From the NCBI GenBank assembly GCA_965222375.1, contig CBDCTZ010000013.1:384001-448000 (forward strand): a stretch of 64,000 bases of DNA. The letters are read 5' to 3'. Position numbers and translations under genes: made by a program. This stretch comes from Polyangiaceae bacterium (GTDB lineage: Bacteria > Myxococcota_A > Polyangia > Polyangiales > Polyangiaceae). Below, piece by piece: positions 10,181 through 19,591 of this stretch. Within the stretch, counting starts at the first letter, position 1. Each line of letters opens with the position of its first letter. The notes beneath the pieces are model-generated. The model did not search any database. It saw nothing but the letters and a program-made list of their open reading frames with translations, and was not told where the DNA came from.

Positions 10181-10919
10181 TCTGGAGCCCATCGGCGACG
10201 ATGCGTTGTCGCGACTGGTCGATCAGGCCCGCGGCGAAGACCCGCCCCCTGAGGCGATGGAGCGAATGGCTGCCAAGTTGATGCCCCCAGCGACGGGGGT
10301 GGCACCCGCTCCCAAGAGTCCAGGCCTCTGGGGTCTGAAGGGCCTGGGGACCCTGGGCGTGATCGCGGTGGCGGGCGGCGTAGCCTGGTGGTCCTCGCAG
10401 GATGTCAGCCCCTCCGCACCCACGTTGGTCGCCTTAGCGGTGCAACCCGTTGAAGCAAGAACGGTCACCCCAGCCCAACCGAGCGCGGCGCCACCGGTCC
10501 CCTCGACGGCGCCGCCGGATCCGAAGCCAGTCGTGTCGGTGCGACAGGCCCCCTCCCCCGCGCCGGCAGCGCCTTCTGCGGAGCCGCTGGATCAGGCCAA
10601 GATGCTGGAGCTGGCGCGACGCAAGCTAGCTTCGGATCCCGCGGGCGCATTGGCGCTCGCGGAAAAGGCACGCACGGTCAAGGGGGGTAATCTGGGAGCT
10701 GAGGCGGAGATCATTGCCATCGAAGCTCTCGTCCGCAGCGGCAGAGCCAGTGACGCTCGATCACGCGCGCAGCGGATGCTGACACGCTCACCGAACACTC
10801 CCTACAAGCGCAGACTCAGGGACATCTTGGGAGAACCGATGTCAGCTGCAGAAAAAAAAATCAAAAACTCGCCTGGTGACTCAAACCAACGTTCCAACAG
10901 CCCGCGCGCGGGCGACTGA
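10170..10919 (+). CDS. Putative anti-sigma factor (single TM, Pro-rich linker, TPR-like C-terminus)
   Basis: Overlaps the sigma gene; TM GLGTLGVIAVAGGVAWW; helical ARRKLASDPAGALALA..EIIAIEAL. Confidence 0.7.
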   Translation: MVDDLEPIGDDALSRLVDQARGEDPPPEAMERMAAKLMPPATGVAPAPKSPGLWGLKGLGTLGVIAVAGGVAWWSSQDVSPSAPTLVALAVQPVEARTVTPAQPSAAPPVPSTAPPDPKPVVSVRQAPSPAPAAPSAEPLDQAKMLELARRKLASDPAGALALAEKARTVKGGNLGAEAEIIAIEALVRSGRASDARSRAQRMLTRSPNTPYKRRLRDILGEPMSAAEKKIKNSPGDSNQRSNSPRAGD

Positions 10920-10933
10920 GGAGCGAGTTACAC

Positions 10934-13141
10934 ATGATCACACGACAGCCAGGGCCCCCATCGAACACGACAGATCGACGACCGTGGATCGTCGCGAGCG
11001 CGGGCCTGGCGAGCCTGCTGGGTGCGATGGCCGCGGGTGCGGGTTGCAGTACCAGCGACGAACTCGTCGGACGCAACATCGGGGGAGGACCGGGCATTGG
11101 TCCAATGGAGTCCTGCGGAAACGGGTTGGATGACGACGGGGACGGCGAGATCGACGAGGGCTGTCCTTGTGACCTGGGGCAGAGCCAATCGTGCTTCACC
11201 GGCAGCGCGGCCCAGCAGAACGTAGGGCAGTGCCGCTCGGGCAAGATGGCCTGCGAGCCAGATCTGAGCCGCGAGAACCTGCCCAACAAGTGGGGCGCCT
11301 GCAGCGGCGAAGTCGGACCTGCGACCGAGCAGTGTGGCGATGATCTCGACAACGACTGCGACGGCGCCAAGGACGAAGGGTGCCCTTGTAGCGGCGGCGA
11401 GTCGCGGGCGTGCGCAACCGAGTACCCCACGGTCGGGCCATGTCAGCCCGGGCAGCAGACCTGTGGCAGCGATGGCTTGTGGTCCGAGTGCACGGGCGCC
11501 GTTGGGCCGGTGGCTGAACTGTGTCAGGACGGTGTGGACAACGACTGTGACGGCGAGACGGACGAGGAGTGCCAAGTCGATGGTGGGACCGGGGGAGCAG
11601 GTGGGAGCGGGGGAGCTGGCGGCAGCGGCGGCGCCAGCGGTGGCGGCGGAGCCAGTGGCAGTGGCGGCAGTGGCGGGTCGGTCACCGCCGAGCCGTGCAC
11701 CACACCGATGGTCGCGGACTTCCGCGATCGCATCACGTGGCACACGCCGATCCCCGATGCAAACAGGTCCATCGTCAACGTGGGTGGCCACAGCGAGGCC
11801 CGAATCGCTGGAGCCAGCAGCTCGTTGGTCGCCGTCTCCCTGAAGTCCGTCTTGAAAGGGCCGTACACATTTGGAGCGACGACCACGGCGGAAGACCGCC
11901 TGGGCTATCTTTCGTTCGCGACGGGCGCGCCGAGTACAACCCACCCTTGGCCTGGGCCGGGGCGCATCTTCGATACCAATTCCGCGCGCCTCTCGGTCGT
12001 GGGAACCTTCCTGGGCAGCCTCGACGTGGGGCTGGGTGCGTGGGCCAGCAACCCAACGCTCTACACCGCACCCGTGGGCCCTCCGGTCAAGGTCGCGGAC
12101 TTGTACGTCGCGAGCGCAGGCGTCCCATCCGGAACAGTCTCCGGCGGAACTCACTTGAGCATCTCCGGCGTACCCGCGGACCCTGCGCCTGGCTCGTTCC
12201 CACCGGAGTTCACGCCGTTCGCGACCGGCACGGATCCGAACGGCAATCACTACGTCACAGGCAGGTTCGAGGGGACGATTGCGGCGGACGGCAAGAGCGC
12301 GAGTGCGCCAACACCCTTCGCGAAAGGCCAGTGGGCTCAGTATGTTGCAAGCCTGACACCGGCGGGGTCGCTGCGATGGATCCAGGCAACGCCAAAAAGC
12401 ACCGGGCGAGAACTCGTGGTGGACCCCAGCGGCAAGTACTTGGCCGTAGTTACCGACACGATCGACGCGGCTCCGCCTCACCTGGATGTGATCCAGCTGT
12501 TGGACACGGCAACCGGTGTCGAGCTCTTCAGCCATGCAGGCGAGGGCGCAAACATATGGGCGGCGAGCGTCGACGGCTCGGGCAATGTGATCGTCTTCGG
12601 CGAGAGCCAAACCGGGTTTTCGCTGGGTGGTTTGAACGTCTCGTCGGCGATGAACTACGTGGCTTCCTTCGACAAGACCGGCAACTTGTTGTGGTCGCAT
12701 GAACTCCTGCCCACCTCGTGGCCTGCCTACCAGAGCAATCGCTTTCAGGTGGCGAGCAACGGCACGATTGCCGCCTTCCTGCTCGGCGTCAGGCACGTCA
12801 GCTCCACGAAGCCGATTCGAGTGCAAATCGGTACCTGCGGTCGCGACGTGCCCCGCCGGGGCTACGCCAAGAGCCCAGCAACGGGCAAGGCAGTTCCTTT
12901 CACGTCGGGGAACAGCCAATTCGAAGTCAGCGAGCTTCTTTTGGCGGTGCTCGATGCACAGACTGGCACCCACCTGTGGTCACGCCTCGTAGACTGGGAA
13001 AACTCCTACGCATCCATGGCCATGCATCCCGGTGGAGACGCGGTCATCATGCTGCACGACTACACGCCGGCGGCAGCCGTGGACTTCGGTACTGGGCCGA
13101 AATCCGACACGAGCCACGTCTTTCGAATCAAGGCCCAATGA
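10934..13141 (+). CDS. Lipoprotein with Cys/Asp metal-binding repeats, Gly linker and beta-propeller-like C-terminus
   Basis: Three repeats CGNGLDDDGDGEIDEGC / CGDDLDNDCDGAKDEGC / CQDGVDNDCDGETDEEC; DPNGNHYVTG and DGSGNVIVFG propeller-like motifs. Confidence 0.8.
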   Translation: MITRQPGPPSNTTDRRPWIVASAGLASLLGAMAAGAGCSTSDELVGRNIGGGPGIGPMESCGNGLDDDGDGEIDEGCPCDLGQSQSCFTGSAAQQNVGQCRSGKMACEPDLSRENLPNKWGACSGEVGPATEQCGDDLDNDCDGAKDEGCPCSGGESRACATEYPTVGPCQPGQQTCGSDGLWSECTGAVGPVAELCQDGVDNDCDGETDEECQVDGGTGGAGGSGGAGGSGGASGGGGASGSGGSGGSVTAEPCTTPMVADFRDRITWHTPIPDANRSIVNVGGHSEARIAGASSSLVAVSLKSVLKGPYTFGATTTAEDRLGYLSFATGAPSTTHPWPGPGRIFDTNSARLSVVGTFLGSLDVGLGAWASNPTLYTAPVGPPVKVADLYVASAGVPSGTVSGGTHLSISGVPADPAPGSFPPEFTPFATGTDPNGNHYVTGRFEGTIAADGKSASAPTPFAKGQWAQYVASLTPAGSLRWIQATPKSTGRELVVDPSGKYLAVVTDTIDAAPPHLDVIQLLDTATGVELFSHAGEGANIWAASVDGSGNVIVFGESQTGFSLGGLNVSSAMNYVASFDKTGNLLWSHELLPTSWPAYQSNRFQVASNGTIAAFLLGVRHVSSTKPIRVQIGTCGRDVPRRGYAKSPATGKAVPFTSGNSQFEVSELLLAVLDAQTGTHLWSRLVDWENSYASMAMHPGGDAVIMLHDYTPAAAVDFGTGPKSDTSHVFRIKAQ

Positions 13142-13218
13142 CCGCCGCGAGCCAAGGGACTGAGGGGTGGCCGCTGGCGGCCTCCCAGGGCGCTTGTCTC
13201 TGTGCGGGGCTCAGAAGC

Positions 13219-13923
13219 TCACGTACCTACGTCGGCAGTCGCCAGGCGAGCTGCGCTTTTCGCGTGGATGGCAGCGGTGTCGAAGACAGGGACGGGCGCG
13301 TCTCGTTCGCGCAGGAGCAGGCCGATTTCGGTGCAGCCCAAGATGACGGCCTGGGCGCCGTCGGCGACCAGCTGCTCGATGACGCGGCGAAACTCGGCGC
13401 GGGAGCGCTCCTTGATCTCGCCATGGCACAGCTCGTCGTAGATCACGTCGTGGACGAGGATGCGGTCGGGCTCGGGGGGCACGCGCACAGCGAGGCCATG
13501 GCGCGTTTCGAGGCGACCGCGGTAGAAATCACGCTCCATGGTGAAGCGGGTTCCGAGTAGCCCAACGCGCTTCAAGCCCGCGCTTGCGATCGCTTCCGCC
13601 GTCGCATCCGCGATATGCAGCAGAGGAATCGAGACCGCTGCCTCGATCGGCTCCGCGACGATGTGCATCGTGTTCGTGCAAAGCACGATGAAGTCGGACC
13701 CTGCCGTCTCGAGCCGCCGCGCTGCATCTGCCAGGAGCTGTCCCGCCTCCTCCCAGCGGTCCTGCTGTTGCAGCGTCTCGATCTCGTGAAAGTCGACGCT
13801 CCACATCACGATCTTTGCCGAGTGCAACCCACCGAGCCGCGCGCCCACCTCGCGATTGATCAGCTGGTAGTACACCGTCGTGGATTCCCAGCTCATCCCG
13901 CCGAGCAGACCGATGGTCTTCAT
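13219..13923 (-). CDS. Aspartate/glutamate racemase family (YgeA/RacX-like)
   Basis: MKTIGLLGGMSWEST, CTNTMH, ILGCTEI. Confidence 0.95.
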   Translation of the reverse strand: MKTIGLLGGMSWESTTVYYQLINREVGARLGGLHSAKIVMWSVDFHEIETLQQQDRWEEAGQLLADAARRLETAGSDFIVLCTNTMHIVAEPIEAAVSIPLLHIADATAEAIASAGLKRVGLLGTRFTMERDFYRGRLETRHGLAVRVPPEPDRILVHDVIYDELCHGEIKERSRAEFRRVIEQLVADGAQAVILGCTEIGLLLRERDAPVPVFDTAAIHAKSAARLATADVGT

Positions 13924-13969
13924 TGGATTCAGGGTTTAACAAACGCGCGGCGCGAGCGCCCCGGCTTGA

Positions 13970-14698
13970 TCAGAAACTCTTCCCGGCAAGAGTCCACACG
14001 CCAATGGTGTTGGCGTCTAGGGTCGCTTGGGTCTGGTCGATCCAGCCCGCTGATGGGCTGGGGCCACAGTGGCCCGTGATCATATCGAAGATGTACACCT
14101 CTTGGCTTCCTTCGCTGACGCCTTCGCCGTAGTGATAGTCGACGACGTCCTGGGACAGATCGCCGACCACGCCACGCTTCCAATTCAGGCCCCAGCGGTC
14201 GTCCTTCTTGCGAAGCCGCCGCACGACCTCGAACAAGAAGTCATTGTTGCCTCCAGTGTCCACGCAAGAATTGGCCAGCCAATCCGGATGATCCGCCGCA
14301 ACCTGCTGCACCAGTGCGTATTCGTCCGGCCCGGGAGCTGGGAATTTTGCAAACGGTGGTTTGCTCGGCGAGCCCGCCACTGCACCGGTGCCACCGCTGC
14401 TGCTGCCAGCTGCACCGCCGCTACTCGATCCAGCGGTGCCGCCGCTGCTGCTGCCAGCGAAACCGCCGCTACTCGCTCCAGCGGTGCCGCCCGAGGGGAA
14501 CCCGCCACCACCCACACACCCAAAGCAGGAGCCGTAGCTCTTTCCGTCAGAGTTGCAGACCTGCGCGCCCTGCCCGCCGCCGGGACAATCGCACTTGCGT
14601 TGCTCACCTTCCACGCAGCTCGAGCTGGCGGGCGATTTCTCGTCCTCCCCGCTGCACCCGAACGCGATGCCCGCCACCATCAAGAGCCCCCAACGCAT
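13970..14698 (-). CDS. Hypothetical lipoprotein (Cys motif, Gly/Ser linker, unknown C-terminal domain)
   Basis: MRWGLLMVAGIAFGC lipobox; SSGG repeats. Confidence 0.75.
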   Translation of the reverse strand: MRWGLLMVAGIAFGCSGEDEKSPASSSCVEGEQRKCDCPGGGQGAQVCNSDGKSYGSCFGCVGGGGFPSGGTAGASSGGFAGSSSGGTAGSSSGGAAGSSSGGTGAVAGSPSKPPFAKFPAPGPDEYALVQQVAADHPDWLANSCVDTGGNNDFLFEVVRRLRKKDDRWGLNWKRGVVGDLSQDVVDYHYGEGVSEGSQEVYIFDMITGHCGPSPSAGWIDQTQATLDANTIGVWTLAGKSF

Positions 14699-14849
14699 GG
14701 TGCATGATCTCTCGTCGAGAGCGCGCTGTCGAGGGGTTGCCGACCAGTTTCGTTGCGCCTGCAAGTTTGTGTTGCTGCTGATTCGGGCCGTCTAGGGTCG
14801 AACCTGAGAATACAGACTCGCCGGCGCCATGCTCAACAACGGAGAGCGG

Positions 14850-15437
14850 TCACGTCCCGGCTTCGAGGAGTTCTGCACCCATGATCTGGAAGAGCTTTGA
14901 ACCGTCGTCCGAAGACCAGTCTTGCGCTAACTCCGACAGCACGGCTACCGTCGTTGTCAACGTGACGCCGGCCCGCTCCATACGCCGAAAGGCCATTTCA
15001 TCAGCGAGGCGTGAAGTACCTCCTGAGGCGTCGACGACCGCATGCACCGAAAATCCATCCGCCGCCGCGCTGATAGCAACTGGGGCAAGACACACGTCCG
15101 TCGTCACGCCTGCCATGATCAGCTTCTTGCGATCGGTTCCGCGCACTGCGCTGGCAAACGCGTCGTCGCTCCAGCTGTTGACGATGCCACCACGTTTCAC
15201 GCGTTGCTCGTAGGCGTCCGGAGCAATCGCTTCGAGGGATGGTATGAGGCGCCCTTGCATGGCTTCCTCCACGCTCGTCGTCAGAACGAGCGGTATGCTG
15301 AGTGCGACGGCGGCTTTCGCCAACACCTCCGCGTTGCGCTTGAGATCCGCCTGGTCCACGCTCGCGGTCCAGCCGATGGTTCCCACCTGGTGATCGATCA
15401 GCACCATGGCTACGTTTTTCGAGGAAAGTGTAGTCAT
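14850..15437 (-). CDS. Isochorismatase-family hydrolase (YcaC-like)
   Basis: LIDHQ, VLTTS, AGVTTDVC, VVDASG. Confidence 0.9.
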   Translation of the reverse strand: MTTLSSKNVAMVLIDHQVGTIGWTASVDQADLKRNAEVLAKAAVALSIPLVLTTSVEEAMQGRLIPSLEAIAPDAYEQRVKRGGIVNSWSDDAFASAVRGTDRKKLIMAGVTTDVCLAPVAISAAADGFSVHAVVDASGGTSRLADEMAFRRMERAGVTLTTTVAVLSELAQDWSSDDGSKLFQIMGAELLEAGT

Positions 15438-15499
15438 TGGTCGCTCCTTTCAACAGCAGCATAGGAGCGGGAATTGTGCTGTCTACTGATGAAATAATG

Positions 15500-15529
15500 A
15501 ACTATTGTTCGTCTAAATGAACAATAGTT
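15500..15529. promoter_or_regulatory. LysR-type operator (perfect 11-bp inverted repeat)
   Basis: AACTATTGTTC-N8-GAACAATAGTT containing T-N11-A and overlapping the LysR start codon, in an AT-rich divergent intergenic region. Confidence 0.7.
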
Positions 15530-16434
15530 TTTTCGCGGGGAGCGAGACCTTTGTCGCGGTGGTGCGCCACGGCTCGATTACCGCAGCGGCCAAAGCACTC
15601 AGGCTATCCAAGGCTGCCGTGAGTCAACGGTTGTCACTATTCGAAGAGTCCCTGGGACTTGCGCTCTTGCAGCGCACGACGCGTGCACACCGGCTGACGA
15701 TGGCGGGAGAGCGGGTCTTCGACGCTTGCGTTGATGCCATCGATGCTGTCGACGAGGCGCGAACGCGCTTGATGCTCGACGCGCGGGACGTGGGCGGACG
15801 GCTCGCAATCGCCGGGCCAAGCACGTTTTTGTCGCGCGTGCTCGTCCCAGTGATTGCGGCGTTTCAGCAGCGCTATCCCAAAGTCGACGTCGCCCTGCGT
15901 GGGGCAGACTGGGCGCTCGACTTTGCGGCGGAAGACATAGATATCGGATTTCGGATCGGACCAGTGAAATCGCGACAACTCGTCTACGACGAGCTCTTCA
16001 CGTCTACACGCGTGCTGTGCGCGACTAGGAAGTTTGTCGAGCGTTGCCCGCATCGCCTGCGTACTCCGAAAGATCTGGAGCGGGCGCAGTGCGTCATCCA
16101 CGTTCCAAGCGGGCGCGTGTGGCATCTTCAAAACAGCCGCTCTTCGCAGGAAGAAAGTGTCACGCCCACCCAAACGACCACCGTGGATACTATCGAGCTT
16201 GCACTATCGCTTGTCGATCAAGACGGCGGAATCGCGCTTCTTCCGGAGTTCTTGGTGCGCCAGCAACTAGAAGCCGGTCCGCTCACGCGAGTGCTCGCCG
16301 GATGGGTATCTCCAGCGCAACCGGTGCACCTCGTGTGCTCACGGGCTCGCGCGTTCGCGCCACAGGTAGTCGCATTCCGCAGTTTCTTGGCGACTGACCC
16401 GTGGACCTTCGACCCACAAACCTACGCCGAGTGA
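15517..16434 (+). CDS. LysR-family transcriptional regulator
   Basis: N-terminal HTH FVAVVRHGSITAAAKALRLSKAAVSQRL..LLQRTTR; divergent from the YcaC-like gene. Confidence 0.95.
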   Translation: MNNSFFAGSETFVAVVRHGSITAAAKALRLSKAAVSQRLSLFEESLGLALLQRTTRAHRLTMAGERVFDACVDAIDAVDEARTRLMLDARDVGGRLAIAGPSTFLSRVLVPVIAAFQQRYPKVDVALRGADWALDFAAEDIDIGFRIGPVKSRQLVYDELFTSTRVLCATRKFVERCPHRLRTPKDLERAQCVIHVPSGRVWHLQNSRSSQEESVTPTQTTTVDTIELALSLVDQDGGIALLPEFLVRQQLEAGPLTRVLAGWVSPAQPVHLVCSRARAFAPQVVAFRSFLATDPWTFDPQTYAE

Positions 16435-16814
16435 GCTGGCGCGCGGGAGCGTCATGGCGGTCCCCGGCACCGCTGCTTCGAGCTGTTGCAGGCCACTACC
16501 TGAGCCCGCGCCAGCGGACATGGCGGCTCTGGCACTGCCCGCGACGACCAAGGCCACGAGGGGCCACGAGGACCGGTTTCCTTCGGAGCGACCCCGTGTG
16601 CACGCGCTCGGAGCAGCCTGGTGTCGCGCACCACGCCGCCAGCGGCGCAGCTGGTGACACGCTGGCCACCTGGAGAGCCAAAGCTCCCCAAGCCCCCAAC
16701 AAAAACCCCGCAAAAAACCCGGACTTGCACGGCGCCGGGGGCCTGAGGTAGATCCCCGCTTCCCGTTGGGTACTTGGGGCCGTGAAAACCCCCTGAGCGC
16801 TCCACGGGACACCT

Positions 16815-16898
16815 GCGAAGGTGGCGGAACTGGCAGACGCGCTAGCTTGAGGTGCTAGTAGGGTAACTCCTGTGGAGGTTCAAGTCCTCTCCTTCGCA
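16815..16898 (+). tRNA. trnL: tRNA-Leu (anticodon GAG)
   Basis: Acceptor stem GCGAAGG/CCTTCGC+A, D-loop TGGCAGAC, anticodon arm CTAGC-TTGAGGT-GCTAG, long variable arm, T-loop GGTTCAAGTCC. CCA is not encoded. Confidence 0.97.
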
Positions 16899-17119
16899 CT
16901 GAACGATTTCAACGGGTTGGCTCTTGTTCGCTGAGAGTGCGCTTCGTAGCGAGCAACGCTTCCCCACAATTCTTCCCCGAAACCCGCGCTGGCCGTTGCT
17001 GCCGCGTCCGAGAGCTGGGTGGGTGGATCCGTGCTCGACCCCGTTTGGGGGGTCGAGCTACTGGCGTGGTTCTGGTGACGTCGCGTATCGTGAGTGGCGT
17101 GTGCAGGGCACTCAGGGGC

Positions 17120-17464
17120 GTGAGGTCATTTGTCCTCGTACTTCTGGCCATGCTTGTTGCGGTCGCGAGCTGTGGCGGGAAGTCCGAGTTGCATCAGGCC
17201 GGAGAGCCGGGGTGCATCGCAAAGTGCAACTATGCGAAACAGGTCTGCGGGACAATGCCTGACCGGTGCGTTGAAGACTGCTCCGCCTTTGTTGCGTGGT
17301 ATGACGGCGGTGCCGCATGCAGTGACGTCTGGCGGCGACAAGTGGAATGCCTCGTGAAACACGCCACGTACTTCTGCGGTGCTACCTTGACCTTCTACGC
17401 GGCGGCGGAATGCGACCATTTCGAGCGTGAGTTCAACTGTGCGTGCAGCGACCGCTGTTTCTAG
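17120..17464 (+). CDS. Small Cys-rich lipoprotein
   Basis: VASC lipobox; 10-Cys spacing shared with 17507 and 31609. Start codon uncertain. Confidence 0.7.
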   Translation: MRSFVLVLLAMLVAVASCGGKSELHQAGEPGCIAKCNYAKQVCGTMPDRCVEDCSAFVAWYDGGAACSDVWRRQVECLVKHATYFCGATLTFYAAAECDHFEREFNCACSDRCF

Positions 17465-17506
17465 CGGAGCGGGGAGAACTCCGAACGCACCCCCGCGGTC
17501 CACGAT

Positions 17507-17872
17507 ATGCTTCACCTAGATTTGACCGTGACACGCCGGATACGTCTACGTCGATTGTGGGCAACCGCGCTCCTGAGCGCAGTTGCGGCCATGAATTGCG
17601 GAGGGAAGTCCGACGAAGCGGACCCGGGCAGGTGGGGGTGCACGGCAATGTGTGCAGGGCGGAGCGCTGCATGCGGCTTGGAGGAAACGGAGTGCACCAG
17701 CGCATGCGTTACGGAGATTCGCACAATCGGTCCGCCCGAGCGCTGCGGTCCCGCGCGGGACGCACTTGTGGGTTGCAGACTAGATTACGGCACGTTCGAC
17801 TGCCAGACGGGCGGGCGGCTGACGTTTCCGCCGCAATGCCAGGAAGACCTGTTCGTCTACAACGAGTGCTAG
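17507..17872 (+). CDS. Small Cys-rich lipoprotein (tandem paralog)
   Basis: Signal ending AMNC-GGKS; same Cys spacing as the preceding gene. Confidence 0.7.
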   Translation: MLHLDLTVTRRIRLRRLWATALLSAVAAMNCGGKSDEADPGRWGCTAMCAGRSAACGLEETECTSACVTEIRTIGPPERCGPARDALVGCRLDYGTFDCQTGGRLTFPPQCQEDLFVYNEC

Positions 17873-17963
17873 GCCGGCGCGATCCAGAGTGAACTAGACG
17901 CAGCCTGCTACGCCAGCCAAACAACTGACAATCAGCGCGCCTACGCGGCTTGGGGCAACTTCG

Positions 17964-18157
17964 TGTTAGCGATCCCGCAAACCCGCGCGTAAGTGGTGAA
18001 AAGCGCAGGTCGTGATCGGTGAAGTCCGCGTTCAAGATCGGTTTCGTGTTTTGGAGCGGCGGGCGCCGCGGGCCTTGTTGAGTTCCTTGGCCTCCTTGAG
18101 TCGATAGCTTTTAGCGGCAACCTCGATGACCTCGGCGCGGTGCACGAGTCGCTCGAC
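17964..18157 (-). mobile_element. istB: IS21-family remnant: 3' end of istB plus the terminal inverted repeat
   Basis: Minus frame 18157-18032 reads VERLVHRAEVIEVAAKSYRLKEAKE..., like the IstB C-terminus DRLxH..SYR. It is followed by a terminus ending ..CGCTAACA (TGTTAGCG at 17964). Confidence 0.75.
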
Positions 18158-18186
18158 TCATGCTGTCGGTCAGGCGCTGGGAACGC

Positions 18187-18649
18187 TCACTTGGTGCCGG
18201 TCGCGGGGCTCGCTGGGGGCTTCGACCTTGGCGTGACCGGCCGGAGCTTCACGTTGAGGTAGCACTTCCCGTCGTCTTCCGAGCCGCCGCACCGAGTTCG
18301 ACTCCAGTGAATGAAACCATAGGGTTCGAAACCTTTCGCGGCGAAGCACACTTGGATAGGACGCTGTCCGCTCCACTCCGGGGCGGAGCCAAACTGCACG
18401 AAGTATCGACCTGCGTGGTCCGAAGTCGCCCGTCGCCACTTGCTGTCGAGAGACGGACACTGTTGCCCCGAATCGACCTCAGCCCATGCGACGGCGTTTG
18501 CCTCGTCCGGGCTCACGATCGAACGAGTGCGTGCCGCGTGTTCCTGCTGTGACCGTCCCCTCGTACGTGTAGACCATTTGGCCGCATCCGGTGAGCGTCA
18601 GGAGCACGAGGGTTTGACCAACGATATCTGTGTGTGGCGGGTTCACCAT
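18187..18649 (-). pseudogene. Frameshifted hypothetical lipoprotein
   Basis: ATG 18649 gives a LTLTGC lipobox and YTYEGTV. Removing one base at 18509-18511 joins it to ORF 18187-18516. Confidence 0.6.
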
Positions 18650-18713
18650 GCGAACGGCTCCTCAGGCTGCATCATGACTACGAGCGCGCGCCGTGACCGG
18701 AGCGGTGGTGGAT

Positions 18714-19139
18714 TCAGCGGAGGGAGACTTCCGGCCAGGTCAGAGCCGGAACAATGTTCTTGAAATGGCGGGTGTTGGTCGTGGCGACTGCGGCGCCTTC
18801 GGCCTGGGCTTGTGCAGCAATCAATACGTCAGCGTCGAGGCCCTCCGGTGGCGCAGTCGACCGGCCCGTTCGACGCAGCAGCGCCCACAGGCGCGCCGCA
18901 CTTCGCCAGGTGGCTGTTGTCGCAGCGAGAAAGCGCAGCTCTCGCCCGAGTTCATCGAGGCGCGCCAAGCTGCGCCGCGCATCGAGACGTAGGAGCTCTC
19001 GCCGAAGCTCGTAGTCCGAGACCTCGGAGATCAATACCTCGTGTTCATCGACGACTCGAGCAAGCCACTCGCGCACGTCGTCGTGGCGTCGTGGGTGACA
19101 GACCTGCCCGAGCACGCCGGTGTCCAGAACGAGCTTCAC
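18714..19139 (-). CDS. PIN-domain (VapC-like) toxin
   Basis: MKLVLDTGVL, SDYELRRELL, DADVLIAAQA, ATTNTRHF. Confidence 0.88.
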   Translation of the reverse strand: MKLVLDTGVLGQVCHPRRHDDVREWLARVVDEHEVLISEVSDYELRRELLRLDARRSLARLDELGRELRFLAATTATWRSAARLWALLRRTGRSTAPPEGLDADVLIAAQAQAEGAAVATTNTRHFKNIVPALTWPEVSLR

Positions 19140-19330
19140 TTCGTCGTGTCCGAATCCGTCGCGGAATGCAGCTGGAGCCTGCTGATCTCCGTCGGCTCCC
19201 AGTCTGGCTCCTCGACGACCGGCTCGGTCTTCCACCGGGCGAGCATGTCCTTCACTCGGCGAGCGCGTTCTGCACGATCCGCGGCGGCGATCGCGTCGAG
19301 GTCGGGCGTTGGCTTGTGCGAATGCGTCAC
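19136..19330 (-). CDS. Putative antitoxin
   Basis: About 64-aa charged ORF overlapping the PIN start by 4 nt (GTGA). Confidence 0.65.
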   Translation of the reverse strand: MTHSHKPTPDLDAIAAADRAERARRVKDMLARWKTEPVVEEPDWEPTEISRLQLHSATDSDTTK

Positions 19331-19591
19331 CCGAGAAATATAGGCCGGAGAGCCTCCTTTTTCGAGGTCGAATCTCGCCTCCAATCAACTTGCTCGGGGA
19401 CGGCCTCAATGCCACCCCTGGCGGGCCAACCCCAGCTCCCCCGCCAACCGCGCATCGTCATTCCACCTAGATCGGACACGGCGTCGGTGGACCACGGTGT
19501 TCGCCGCCGGCTCAAGTCCTGGCCTCGCTCTGACTCGCAGGCTACCCTTTCAAGTGTGCTTGCGCGGGGGGTCCTGTATCGAGAGGTGGGA

